Source: Sulfurimonadaceae bacterium (lineage in GTDB: Bacteria > Campylobacterota > Campylobacteria > Campylobacterales > Sulfurimonadaceae). Taken from it: a DNA stretch of 36,912 bases. Position 1 is the stretch's first letter. Every line of letters begins with the position of its first letter. The DNA is taken from NCBI GenBank assembly GCA_041562555.1, contig JBFEXS010000006.1, forward strand, positions 1 through 36,912. Direction: 5' to 3'. Positions 26,375 through 36,403 of this stretch are shown in pieces. The position numbers and the translations under genes were made by a program. The notes under the pieces are model-generated. The model made no database searches and had not been told where the DNA came from. It saw nothing but the letters and a program-made list of their open reading frames with translations.

Positions 26375-29300
26375 ATGAAAAAAATATTATTAGCTCTGTT
26401 TTTTTCATTAAGTCTGGAAGCAGCCACCTATAATTTTCCTGCAGACCTGCCAAGTTTCGGATGTTCCTTGTGGTACAGTAACGTCTACAGTTGTTCCGGT
26501 TCTCTCAATTTTACTGCCAATGACATCATCAATATCACATCGGATATTGGGATCACCAGTGGAGGGAATTTTACTACGGGTAGAGATGTGACAATCTCCA
26601 CTGCCGGGAATACATTAAACCTGACCCTTGGAGGGAACTTTAGCACCGGAATAGGTCTTAATGCCGGGACCTGCGTTAATGTGGAAGCCGGTGGCGATAT
26701 CACCATTGGACGCAATGGGGTATTTTACGGTTCACTTCAATCCAACTTTGGTTCTATCAGGCTGGGAAGTGGAACTACTGTCAGTCCCTGTAGCAATCTG
26801 ACGACCTTGACCTGTTCGCCGCAGAGGGGTGAGGGGACGATCAATGAGATCTACAAGGTTGGTAGTACAAACTTCTTTGAAGTCAAAGTATTTGATCCGT
26901 TTACAACGGACTTCTCGCAATGGTCCTTATACTTTTGCGACGAAGGAGCCGAATTCAGTGAGTGCATCAATTTCCTGGATGTAGCGGATATGAGGCAAAG
27001 CAATATATATTGGTTCATAGAAGAGAATATCCCCGGTTTTGATACATTAAACTCTTCTTCCAAGTTTACGGTATTCCTTATGGACGGGAATGACGAAATC
27101 ATTGATATGCTGATCCTTAATGGGGGCGTGTTGGGCAGTAATACCAATGTTAACTGTACTCTTTTATATGACATCACAGCAGAGACGACAAGTAAGTCCA
27201 AAGGGATTGCCCGTAATCCGGATGGTATCGGTGACTGGGATGACTCCGGTGGTGAAGGAAGCCCGACGGAAAGCACACCCGGTGACAATAATAACGGTAT
27301 CCCGTATGGGTCCAGTTTTGAATACCGCATGGATGAGTGTTTTTGGGATGGCAGTGCGGATGAAGTTATTGATAGTTCGCTCAACGGATTTCACGGAGTC
27401 TCTGCCAACGGAACGACAACGCAGATAGATGCCGCGATAAACCGCTCAGGGTATTTTGATGGCATCGATGACCATGTCGTGCAAAACAATATCTATGATG
27501 CTTTGAAATCAACGGCCTCTTTAAGTTTTTGGATCAAGACAGATCAGGTTGGAAACGCTGTTTTCCATCAAGCTCCAGGGATTGTCGGTATCGAGGATAA
27601 TGGTGGTACGGATGATATTTTTTGGGGCTGGATCGACGATACGGGTCGCATAGGGGTACAAAAGGGGAATAATAAAGGCCCTAAGTCTTTAGCACCGATC
27701 AATGATAATGCCTGGCATCATATCGTTCTGACGCGGGCGGAGAATGGAAAGTATTGTAATGTCTACGTGGATGGTGTCTTCAATGATACAAACGAAACTT
27801 CACCCGGTGTTGTAGGGAATACTTTTAACCGTATCGGTAGTATCATGGACACAGACGGGACACATACCTACTTCAAAGGTTTTGTGGATGAGCTCAAGGC
27901 TTTTCCAACTATCCTCAGCATAGGTGAGATACAGGGAATTTATACCAATGAACTGGCAAAAAACAATTATGACGGCAGTGTGCGTACACCTGTCGTATGT
28001 GCAGGAGATGTCGCAACAGACGTCAACTACACGGCCGTTGATGTTGTCGGCGGCGGGTGTGATGCTTCCAAGAACTGGATGGACCCTTTGACGACGAAAA
28101 AGGTCAATGAGGACATTTCGTTGACTGTTTTGACACGAGACAGCAGTACGGGAGATAATATCGAGGCAAACATCAGCAAGGTGAGTATGCTGTTTTATGA
28201 CAGCGGTGATAATAGTGCGTGCACAGGTACACCTATAGCCTCGACTCTTGTCTGTACAGAGTGCGGCATCAGCAATCAAAAAGGGTGTTTGAGTCTGACA
28301 ATTGACAAGAGCCTCAATCAGCGTGCAGGCAAGTGTGTCTCTCTCTTCATAGAAGGCAGAGCAGCAGATGCCCTTGATGGGTCTGCCTTAGGCGAATCCA
28401 ACTCAACCGACAACTTTTCGATTAGGCCGGACCGATATTCATGCGATGGGATCGCAGCTTCGCCCCTGGTCTCCGAGCACGGATATGTTAGCAGTGTTAA
28501 GGCGATGCCTGTGAACCTCACTTCTGCAACTCTTGGCTATACAAGCACTTCTGTAAGTATGCAGGCGAACAAATATATGCGTACGGGAGACCTGAACATC
28601 TCTCTTGATGGGGTGCTCTCTCCCGGGAGCTTGAGCTTTATTGACGGGGATGCAAATGCTACGCTTAGTTTTAGCGATGTCGGCGATATCGGGATTGATA
28701 TCAACGATAGTGTGTGGACGGCTGTAGATAGTGATGATACTGCTTTAGCAGACAGGTTGATTCATACGGAGTGTCGACGGCTTTTCATTCCGGATCATTT
28801 TGAGGTACAAGTGACCCGTCCCCGTTTGGAAAACAATGCCAGTACCGGGTTTACCTATCTTTCCAATCTTCGCCCAGGTGTAGGAATGAGTGCACATATA
28901 CGTAATCTCAATGTTACCTTGACAGCCAAGGGCGAGAATAATACAACATTACGCAATTATAAAGATCCGAGCACACATTTCTATGCTAATGCCGTGACGA
29001 TCTCTCCATCCATTACTTTACCAGACAGACACTCTGCAGCGACCAAACTCATCGATCTCATAGATGAGAACAGTACGGATATCAGTGGATTTGGCTTTGT
29101 AGATGGTGTAGCAATGCACAGTTATGCAGATGTTGGGTTTAATTATGACCGAGACCATCATATACCGATCAGCCCTTTTGTGGTGGATGGAAATGAGAGT
29201 TTTTTCAGGGTATATGCCGAAGACAGGCTCTATAATAGTGTCACAGGTGTTGCCCAGAGCGATTCGGATAACAATGTGACTTTCTTCTATGGGCGCTTAA

Positions 29301-29812
29301 AGACGCAAGACCTTATCACTACACTGATACCGTCATCTGCTTCGATGCAATATGAGGTTTATGATGCAGGATCCGGTATCTACACAGCAGGCATGAGGCA
29401 AAGTTCGATAAACTGGTATATCAATGATCTGCATGACAACTCTGATGAGGGGAGTGTGTATGAGGCAATTGCATCGAGTAACAGTATGATCGACAATGTT
29501 ATTGCGGGGTTCAGTTTTAATTATAATGCCCCAAGTCTTGGAAAAGAGCTTCTTGATATCACCGCAAGTCCTGAATCAAAAGCGACCCTGCACCTTAAGA
29601 CGCAGGAATGGCTATGGTATGTTCCTTTGGGATTTGGCAGCGCCTATGATGACACGGCAGGTTCAGATTGTACGATGCATCCGTGTTTGAAGTTTTCTTT
29701 GATACCGGCAAACTCTGCACTAAGGATAGAAAGCGGGGATTTCAACGGTACAATTGTCCCGGATGAGAACAGGAGTGATTACAGTAAGAAGGGAGTTAAA
29801 CTCTTTAGATGA
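26375..29812 (+). CDS. Large secreted pilus-associated adhesin (MshQ-like) with lamin-tail-like and LamG domains
   Basis: Signal peptide; LamG motifs (EYRMDEC.W, YFDGIDDHV, SFWIK, WHHIV, YVDG, F.G.VDELK); MshQ-like C-terminal motifs (DNFSIRPDRY, FSDVG, RLFIPDHF, FFYGRL); AAGGAG SD; first gene of the pilin cluster. Confidence 0.8.
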   Translation: MKKILLALFFSLSLEAATYNFPADLPSFGCSLWYSNVYSCSGSLNFTANDIINITSDIGITSGGNFTTGRDVTISTAGNTLNLTLGGNFSTGIGLNAGTCVNVEAGGDITIGRNGVFYGSLQSNFGSIRLGSGTTVSPCSNLTTLTCSPQRGEGTINEIYKVGSTNFFEVKVFDPFTTDFSQWSLYFCDEGAEFSECINFLDVADMRQSNIYWFIEENIPGFDTLNSSSKFTVFLMDGNDEIIDMLILNGGVLGSNTNVNCTLLYDITAETTSKSKGIARNPDGIGDWDDSGGEGSPTESTPGDNNNGIPYGSSFEYRMDECFWDGSADEVIDSSLNGFHGVSANGTTTQIDAAINRSGYFDGIDDHVVQNNIYDALKSTASLSFWIKTDQVGNAVFHQAPGIVGIEDNGGTDDIFWGWIDDTGRIGVQKGNNKGPKSLAPINDNAWHHIVLTRAENGKYCNVYVDGVFNDTNETSPGVVGNTFNRIGSIMDTDGTHTYFKGFVDELKAFPTILSIGEIQGIYTNELAKNNYDGSVRTPVVCAGDVATDVNYTAVDVVGGGCDASKNWMDPLTTKKVNEDISLTVLTRDSSTGDNIEANISKVSMLFYDSGDNSACTGTPIASTLVCTECGISNQKGCLSLTIDKSLNQRAGKCVSLFIEGRAADALDGSALGESNSTDNFSIRPDRYSCDGIAASPLVSEHGYVSSVKAMPVNLTSATLGYTSTSVSMQANKYMRTGDLNISLDGVLSPGSLSFIDGDANATLSFSDVGDIGIDINDSVWTAVDSDDTALADRLIHTECRRLFIPDHFEVQVTRPRLENNASTGFTYLSNLRPGVGMSAHIRNLNVTLTAKGENNTTLRNYKDPSTHFYANAVTISPSITLPDRHSAATKLIDLIDENSTDISGFGFVDGVAMHSYADVGFNYDRDHHIPISPFVVDGNESFFRVYAEDRLYNSVTGVAQSDSDNNVTFFYGRLKTQDLITTLIPSSASMQYEVYDAGSGIYTAGMRQSSINWYINDLHDNSDEGSVYEAIASSNSMIDNVIAGFSFNYNAPSLGKELLDITASPESKATLHLKTQEWLWYVPLGFGSAYDDTAGSDCTMHPCLKFSLIPANSALRIESGDFNGTIVPDENRSDYSKKGVKLFR

Positions 29813-30393
29813 GACCGAAAAACAAAGCAGGATTTACCCTTGTTGAACTTATCTTCTCCATTGTTATTATCGCTATTGTCTTCACGGTAGTACCAAAACT
29901 GTTATTTACGACGTCCAAGACGATGGAGGTATCTATCAAAGAGGATGGACTTTTTGCTGCAATGGCATTGATGGGAAACATCATCCGATTACCCTGGGAT
30001 GGGAATACGGTTTCTTCAGGGGGAAAAATCCTGGATACGGATGTAAATGATTGTGTCGATTATCGCCCCGGCGGTTTTTTTGGGTCACGAAACTGTTTGG
30101 ATAGCAGTGCTGCAGCCACGCCAAAAGTAGATTTTGGCAGCATAGGAGGGTTGTACTCAGACGTGGATGATTATGATGCCTATGCGATCTCTACGATCAA
30201 CGGGCGTGTCTCTTATGATCTGGATGTCGAGGTGAATTACGCTGATCGTAGTTTCCTGGCATCGGTGGGAAGCGATGAATTAAAAGAGGTTCAGGTCAAT
30301 GTGGGTGCAACAGGCAAGAGTAATCTGTGTTCGAGCTTTTTTTACTACTCGGCTAACCTGGGACATACTCAGATCAACAGGCGGACATGGTGA
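29809..30393 (+). CDS. Type IV minor pilin (MshD-like)
   Basis: G|FTLVELIFSIVIIAI prepilin motif; DVDDYD motif typical of MshD. Confidence 0.85.
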   Translation: MRPKNKAGFTLVELIFSIVIIAIVFTVVPKLLFTTSKTMEVSIKEDGLFAAMALMGNIIRLPWDGNTVSSGGKILDTDVNDCVDYRPGGFFGSRNCLDSSAAATPKVDFGSIGGLYSDVDDYDAYAISTINGRVSYDLDVEVNYADRSFLASVGSDELKEVQVNVGATGKSNLCSSFFYYSANLGHTQINRRTW

Positions 30394-31271
30394 TGCGTCG
30401 TGCTTTCACATTGGTTGAAATCATTATGGTATTGGTCGTACTTGCAGTACTTTCAGCAGGTACTTTCAAGGCGATAGAAGCGATCTATATCCGTTCATCA
30501 CAGGCTAAAGCCCTGACGGACCTCTCTTTGCAGTCCCAGATCGTCTTGGACCAATTGAGTATGTTTTTGTACAACCGCATACCAAACTCCGTTATCGGCT
30601 ACACTCCCGGCGGTATCTGTGAACCTATTTCGGAGTTGACAAGCCCTCGTCCTATCTTGGAATGGCTTGCTTTGGCGGATGATGAGCTTTTAGCAGGGGA
30701 TTATGATGGGTTTGTCGATATGAATGCAAGCTCGAAAGCAAGTTTGACCCTAGCCACACCAGGGAGTGCAGTGATAAACAACCCTGATCTAAACCTAGTC
30801 TTTTCAGGTGCCTTTGATGGAGGCAGTGAAGAGGTCAGTGCGTGTAAAGGAGCCTTTGGCTGGCATGGGGCTGCAAGTGATCTGAGTTTTGATGCGGATG
30901 TTGGTGCGGACAGTATTGTCATCACGGATGCCGTTGTTCCCGAGTATATTTATGAGAAGTTTTATCTTACCAAGACGGCATATGCCGTTGCAAGGGGGGC
31001 AGATATCAATCTTGCTTCAGCCTGCATCACGGATCTGAATCTCAGTGTGGATGCCAATACACTTTTTTTGTTTTATGATTATCAACCCTATCAGGGAGAG
31101 AGCTTTTGCGCGGACGGAGGTGTGGGAAAAGTAAGTGTCTTAGCCCAGGATGTGAGCGCTTTTTCCGCGGAGGAAGTGAGTGATGTCATTCGTTTGAGTA
31201 TCGATATGCAGCGTGAGATCAGGGGGCGTAGCTGTGGCGTGCATGTCTCTAAACAAAAGGCTGTATTTTGA
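30387..31271 (+). CDS. Type IV minor pilin (MshO-like)
   Basis: RRA|FTLVEIIMVLVVLAVLS prepilin motif; 'NRIPNSV' resembles the MshO A.PNS motif. Confidence 0.85.
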   Translation: MVMRRAFTLVEIIMVLVVLAVLSAGTFKAIEAIYIRSSQAKALTDLSLQSQIVLDQLSMFLYNRIPNSVIGYTPGGICEPISELTSPRPILEWLALADDELLAGDYDGFVDMNASSKASLTLATPGSAVINNPDLNLVFSGAFDGGSEEVSACKGAFGWHGAASDLSFDADVGADSIVITDAVVPEYIYEKFYLTKTAYAVARGADINLASACITDLNLSVDANTLFLFYDYQPYQGESFCADGGVGKVSVLAQDVSAFSAEEVSDVIRLSIDMQREIRGRSCGVHVSKQKAVF

Positions 31272-31331
31272 TTCTTATCAAGATGTTAATGCGCGGGCAT
31301 CAGACTTTCCTTGAAAAGGCTGTATTTTGAT
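31255..31331 (+). repeat. 18-bp exact direct repeat duplicating a gene junction
   Basis: AAAAGGCTGTATTTTGAT at 31255-31272 and 31314-31331, with a 41-bp spacer. Confidence 0.9.
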
Positions 31332-31800
31332 GTTTAAGTGTAAGAGAGATGAATCTCTATTAGCTAAAGCCTTCGGATTATGGCAGGCTCTGATGATCAT
31401 TCTGATTATCTCGGGTATTATGCTGGTGACGCTTAAATATTCGCGTATCGCAGTGCAGCATACGGCTGATAGCTATGTACGTGAACAGTTGGAGCTTTAT
31501 CTGAACTCTGTCATGGAAGCAACCCTGCTGGAGATCTCCTTGCAAGACAAGAGCAGCTGTGTCAGTACATATACGCCTCCGAGTGTAAGTAAAAAAGGGG
31601 TGGTGTATGCAGGAAGTGTCAATATTGAGAAGTATTACCTCTTAAATGGTGTCAGTGAGTTTGGATCATGCTCAGCGACAATAGAAAACATTCAGAGTGA
31701 AGAGAGTCACGGGATGGTCTTGATGCAGATTGAGGTAACGGCGACTCGAGATGGGAATATCAGCAACAGACTTTTACGAAGGACCCTTCAAAGACCATGA
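31327..31800 (+). CDS. Pilin-like protein lacking Glu5 (MshP/PilX/GspK-like)
   Basis: KA|FGLWQALMIILIISGIMLV hydrophobic helix without E5; lies within the minor-pilin cluster. Confidence 0.75.
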   Translation: MMFKCKRDESLLAKAFGLWQALMIILIISGIMLVTLKYSRIAVQHTADSYVREQLELYLNSVMEATLLEISLQDKSSCVSTYTPPSVSKKGVVYAGSVNIEKYYLLNGVSEFGSCSATIENIQSEESHGMVLMQIEVTATRDGNISNRLLRRTLQRP

Positions 31801-32258
31801 AAAAAGCATTTACCCTGCTAGAACTCATCTTTGTCATCGTGATCATCGGCATATTGGCCGGAGTCGCAAGCACAAGCTTCCGATCAGACTATTTAAGCGC
31901 GGATGCGGATTTTGTTCTTGCTAAAATAAAACAGGCGCAATATAGAGGAATCGGATATGAACATAAGGTATTTGGAAGTAGCGATGCTCCGGTGGATTAT
32001 GAACATGGATGTATCCGTTTGGAAAAATCAGCCTTGCAAGAGAGCGCCAGTGAGGGGGATATTACCTACCGTTTGAGAGTGGATGCATTTGATGCCGGGA
32101 CACTCTGTTTTGATAGCAGGGGTCGTCCCCATGATGATGATTTCAGAATATTAACACTGCGCAGTGAGAAAAAAGTGATCGATTTGTCCTATAATGGAGA
32201 GAATAAGCAAATTGTTGTACAAGCACAAAGCGGTTTTGCTATAATAAAATGTAATTGA
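31797..32258 (+). CDS. Type IV minor pilin (MshC/FimT-like)
   Basis: KKA|FTLLELIFVIVIIGILAG; the C-terminal LCFDSRGRP matches the FimT/GspH-type motif. Confidence 0.87.
   Translation: MKKAFTLLELIFVIVIIGILAGVASTSFRSDYLSADADFVLAKIKQAQYRGIGYEHKVFGSSDAPVDYEHGCIRLEKSALQESASEGDITYRLRVDAFDAGTLCFDSRGRPHDDDFRILTLRSEKKVIDLSYNGENKQIVVQAQSGFAIIKCN
32237..32245 (+). promoter_or_regulatory. Internal extended -10 promoter for the pilus assembly genes
   Basis: TGcTATAAT within the last codons of the MshC-like gene, ~40 nt before the next start. Confidence 0.6.
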
Positions 32259-32284
32259 CGAATTATTGACGAAGGGATGAGTTC

Positions 32285-33760
32285 TTGAGTATGAAGCCGG
32301 TCGTATATCTTGAAGAGAATGAAGCATGGTTGTTTGATGGTGAGAAGTTAAGTCCATGTGATTTTTCCGAGGTTAAACGTTATCAGGCCGGTGCATCAAT
32401 CCCCTTGTCCAAATTGCATCTTGGCAGTTTTAAATTTCTCTCTTCCCTATCGGAGACAGAGCTTCAGATCCAAACAGAGATCAAGATGCACGAGGAGGGG
32501 GGACTTGATTCAAATATAGATTATGAGATCACTTCCTTTCATCATGATCTGGAGTTTGAGAACAGTACCCTTGTCGAGGCTTTTGCAACGTCTCATGAAG
32601 AATTGAGTCTATGCTGTAAGGAGATTCTTGACAAGAGTAAAGTCATTGATTGGATTGTCCCCTCATTTATTACCTATGCAGCGTATTATGTGAATAAGGA
32701 GATAGAAGAGAAGACAGACCTTTTCTTCTATCTTGGAGAACTTGAATCTTACGCAGTACTGTTTCATAAAGGCCAGTACATTGCCCATCGGAGGATTCTG
32801 AGTGTAGAAGAATTGGCAAAGGAAACGGGACTTGACCCGGTTCGTTGCCGTGCAATGCTGAGTAAACAGGGTCTTTTAGAAAAGAACTACACCTTTGAGG
32901 AGAAACCATTTTTTGATCAGCTTCAACTTGCGCTTTCCAAACAAGTGGAGAAGATTGTACATACGATCAATCATAAACGAGGGTTGTTTGGTATTGAGGG
33001 GATCGATCATGTGTATGTGGATTTCAATGGATTCGCGTTGGAAGGCCTTGGGACGATCTTTGAAGCCTATGGAATGGCAGGAATCCCATTTGAGGCGTTG
33101 ACCTGTAAAGTATCTACCAACCAAGATACGCACCGTTCTATCAAAGCCATGTATATCTATCTGTGTGCGAATGGAAAACTTGACAATCCCCTGAATCTAA
33201 GTCCTTATGAACGACAGCCTGTCTGGTATAAACGTCATTCCGGACATCTGATATTGACGACGGCTGCAGGAGTGCTGATCTCACTTCTTTTCCCGGGATA
33301 TTTTTACGTCCAAGGCACTATTTTGGATAATGAGATACAAAGGGCTGAACTTCAGGTGGCCCAGATGGAAGCACAGAGTAAACGTCTGGGTGTACAGTTG
33401 AAGAAATTGAATGAAGAGGTCAAGAGCAGTAACCATAATGTTCAAAAGATCAAGGATATGAACAAGGTGTACGAGATTACGATTGACACTCTTCCTTTGC
33501 TGACAGATGCCCGTTATGTCAGACAGAAGATGATGTATGATGCCTTGGAGATATTGAAACTCTATAAGCTTTCGACCCTCTCTATCGAGCAAAATAGTAC
33601 CAAGGGTATGAATATACATGTCATCGCTGATTACGGATCACGTGAGAATATCGCCAATTTTATGAAGAAATGGATGGAAAGGGGATATAGCGAAGCCCGT
33701 ACGTCTGAGATATATCTGGATCAGAACATCTATGAGAGCAGAATAGAGGTCAAACGATGA
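32285..33760 (+). CDS. Pilus alignment complex protein, PilM/PilN-like fusion (MshI-like)
   Basis: ~320-aa cytoplasmic domain, then LNL.PY, one TM helix, a coiled coil and a small C-terminal domain; precedes the PilO-like and secretin genes. Confidence 0.7.
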   Translation: MSMKPVVYLEENEAWLFDGEKLSPCDFSEVKRYQAGASIPLSKLHLGSFKFLSSLSETELQIQTEIKMHEEGGLDSNIDYEITSFHHDLEFENSTLVEAFATSHEELSLCCKEILDKSKVIDWIVPSFITYAAYYVNKEIEEKTDLFFYLGELESYAVLFHKGQYIAHRRILSVEELAKETGLDPVRCRAMLSKQGLLEKNYTFEEKPFFDQLQLALSKQVEKIVHTINHKRGLFGIEGIDHVYVDFNGFALEGLGTIFEAYGMAGIPFEALTCKVSTNQDTHRSIKAMYIYLCANGKLDNPLNLSPYERQPVWYKRHSGHLILTTAAGVLISLLFPGYFYVQGTILDNEIQRAELQVAQMEAQSKRLGVQLKKLNEEVKSSNHNVQKIKDMNKVYEITIDTLPLLTDARYVRQKMMYDALEILKLYKLSTLSIEQNSTKGMNIHVIADYGSRENIANFMKKWMERGYSEARTSEIYLDQNIYESRIEVKR

Positions 33761-34389
33761 GTATGAAAGAACAGCTAGCAGAGTTTGACCTTCAGCTTGA
33801 GGTGATGCCGCAGAAGAACCGGAAGATACTGTATGCATCCATTGTTGTCGGATTATTTATGTTTACCTATTATGTGTTTGGTCTGAACCTTCAAGAAGAA
33901 TATACCCAAAAAGATCAGACACTGCGCACCTTGGAAGAAAAACTGGCGGAGAACACGGTATCGCTGTATAAAAAGAAGATCGCAAATGCGGAGAAAAAAC
34001 TGCTGGTGCTTGCGACACATATGGAAGAGGAGAGTTTCAAGGCGAGATCGCTTCAGGTTAAACTGGAGAAGATGGATTACCTGAGTTCGGATGCTAAGGG
34101 GCTTGCCGATATGCTCGAGCGGATTTTGAAACACTCAGTGACCTTAGGGGTGAATATTGATAGAATCACTTTAGACAGTACGGAAAAGCCATACACCGGA
34201 AAGATTGCACAAAGCGGTACCATCAGGATCGATGGGTTGTCTGATTTCAAATCAGTCTTGAAACTGCTACGCTTCATCGAATCACAAGAAGCTCTTCTTG
34301 AGATCAAGAATGTCTCCTTTAATATCGAATCAAAAGAGTCCAAGCCGTCCTTTGTTATTCTGATTACAGGTTACAGGATCACCTTATGA
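33757..34389 (+). CDS. PilO/MshJ-like alignment protein
   Basis: One N-terminal TM helix, a coiled coil and the I.G...F..VLKLLRFIE PilO-like motif. Confidence 0.72.
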   Translation: MSMKEQLAEFDLQLEVMPQKNRKILYASIVVGLFMFTYYVFGLNLQEEYTQKDQTLRTLEEKLAENTVSLYKKKIANAEKKLLVLATHMEEESFKARSLQVKLEKMDYLSSDAKGLADMLERILKHSVTLGVNIDRITLDSTEKPYTGKIAQSGTIRIDGLSDFKSVLKLLRFIESQEALLEIKNVSFNIESKESKPSFVILITGYRITL

Positions 34390-34772
34390 GATATCTATTG
34401 ATGCTTCTAATGATTCAGGCAGTATGGTCAGCGCCCATTGACAAGACTATTGATGAACTTTTGGAGGGGAATCAGGAGAACAGTTTGGGTGTGTCCGAAT
34501 ATGATCCTTTCTCACGTGCAAAGCCTCTTTTATACAAGAAGATGAGCAAAAGAAGCATCCAAAAGAAAGCTGCTTTAGCTCTAAGCGCTGTTTTGAATGA
34601 CAGGGCCTATATGAACGGAAAATGGTATACCAAGGGTGACCTTACGCCTGAGGGAAGGGTGATAAGGGTCAAAGCAGACGCCGTCTATTTAAAAAAAGGG
34701 ACAAAAATCAAAGTCTTAACACTACATAATCAAAAATCGATGTTTAGTATACGTGAGAAGGATCATCAATGA
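34386..34772 (+). CDS. PilP/MshK-like exported protein
   Basis: Signal peptide, YDPF, L.AVLNDRAYMNGKWY..GD motif; directly upstream of the secretin. Confidence 0.72.
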   Translation: MRYLLMLLMIQAVWSAPIDKTIDELLEGNQENSLGVSEYDPFSRAKPLLYKKMSKRSIQKKAALALSAVLNDRAYMNGKWYTKGDLTPEGRVIRVKADAVYLKKGTKIKVLTLHNQKSMFSIREKDHQ

Positions 34773-36403
34773 ATCATATTAGGAACGTAATCTCTTTTCT
34801 TGTATGTATCGGAGTTTTCGTGGGGATACAACTGAATGCAAGTGAGTGTGAAAGTAAACTGTTTACACTGAATATCGAGTCGACATCCTCCAAACCGATC
34901 AAATTAAACAGTGTCTTGAACGATCTGGCAGCGACATGTAAGATTACGCTGTTGTACGCAGATAAGCTGACAAAGGCAAAATTGAACAAAGAGCTGGATA
35001 TGTTGTATATCAAAGACTTTAGTCTTGATGAACTTTTGCAGTTATTACTCAATGAGAACAATCTGTTTTATAGCTATGATGAGACACTCTCACGCTTAAA
35101 GATCGCATATATACAGACAAAGTCGTTTAAAATAGATTATATCAATGTTACACAGATGCGTACCTATTCTGCCCGTGATGTAACAGTAGGTGCATCCAAC
35201 AACCAAAATGAAGACCTCATTAATATTACCGGAGGTCAACAGATGCAGGGCAGTTCGCAGGAGTCATCAAGCACAGACCTTGTGGAATACAGTTCTATCA
35301 ACTCCATTCAAAAAGGTGAGAACAGTGACTTTACATCAACGAAAACAATCGCAGATTTTACCTTCTGGGATGCGTTAAAGGGACAAATAGACGGGATGCT
35401 TCAACGCGATGGGGATGCCCATGAGGTACGTTCATGGTCAATGATCAACAGGGATGCCGGATTGATCACAGTGAGTGGTTCCTACAAACAGCTAAAACGT
35501 GTGGAAGAGTATATTCAAGAACTTCAGCGGCGAATGCATAAGCAGCTGCTGTTGGAGGTGCGTATTCTCGAAGTTACCTTCTCTGAAGGACAGCAATTGG
35601 GGATAGATTGGTCGAAGTTCAACCTGTCTTTGGCGGGTAACGCAGGTGCTTTTTATAACAGAGGAACCGACGCTACGGTGAGAAGCGGTGATTTGTACAG
35701 TGCCGGTTTCAACTTCACCATGGAAGGTCTTATGAACTTTTTGAAAAAGCATGGCGAGGTTGAGGTACTCTCTTCTCCCAAGGTAATGACCTTGAACAAT
35801 CAGCCTGCGTTGATCAATGTAGGTGATCAGATCAATTACAAGTATGAGACAGGCCAAGTCGGTACGGTAGGAATAGGGACACCTTCGTCCTCGACAACGT
35901 TTTCATTGGGCTCAGTCTTCGTAGGTTTGTCGTTAAGTATTATTCCAGAGATCACGGACAGTGGACATATCATCCTGAGGATTAATCCTGTAGACAGCCG
36001 TATTATCAATGACCAGGATGAGACGGATGCTAACATCGATCTTGTAGAAGAGGATGTGACGACGGATATTCGTGCAATACCGCCGGATATGAAAGTAAAA
36101 CAGTTGACCTCTATCGTAAAGGTAAAAGACGGCTCGAAAGTACTGATTGGGGGCTTGGTACAAAAAGAGAAGTTTGAGATCGATAATAAGGTCCCTTTGC
36201 TCGGAGATATCCCGTATCTTGGAAGACTCTTTCATTCGACAACGACGAAAAACATCAAAAAGGAGTTTTTTGTCGTTGTCGTACCGACGATCATCAAAGA
36301 GGACCGTATGCCGACGATAGAGGAAGAGGAAATCATAAAGCGCACTGAAGGTGAACAGTTTAAAGGTGAAGAGGAAGAAGAATTAGAGATGGAAGAACTG
36401 TAG
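34769..36403 (+). CDS. mshL: Outer-membrane secretin, MshL/CtsD type
   Basis: TKSFKIDYI, FW..L, GLITV, Q..LEVRILEV, GIDW, LSSPKVMTLNNQPA, IGGL and KVPLLGDIPYLGRLF motifs. Confidence 0.9.
   Translation: MNHIRNVISFLVCIGVFVGIQLNASECESKLFTLNIESTSSKPIKLNSVLNDLAATCKITLLYADKLTKAKLNKELDMLYIKDFSLDELLQLLLNENNLFYSYDETLSRLKIAYIQTKSFKIDYINVTQMRTYSARDVTVGASNNQNEDLINITGGQQMQGSSQESSSTDLVEYSSINSIQKGENSDFTSTKTIADFTFWDALKGQIDGMLQRDGDAHEVRSWSMINRDAGLITVSGSYKQLKRVEEYIQELQRRMHKQLLLEVRILEVTFSEGQQLGIDWSKFNLSLAGNAGAFYNRGTDATVRSGDLYSAGFNFTMEGLMNFLKKHGEVEVLSSPKVMTLNNQPALINVGDQINYKYETGQVGTVGIGTPSSSTTFSLGSVFVGLSLSIIPEITDSGHIILRINPVDSRIINDQDETDANIDLVEEDVTTDIRAIPPDMKVKQLTSIVKVKDGSKVLIGGLVQKEKFEIDNKVPLLGDIPYLGRLFHSTTTKNIKKEFFVVVVPTIIKEDRMPTIEEEEIIKRTEGEQFKGEEEEELEMEEL

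Noticed and set aside
31255..31331. Minimal CRISPR array (repeat-spacer-repeat)
   Set aside because: Only two 18-bp non-palindromic repeats, derived from coding sequence, and no cas genes.
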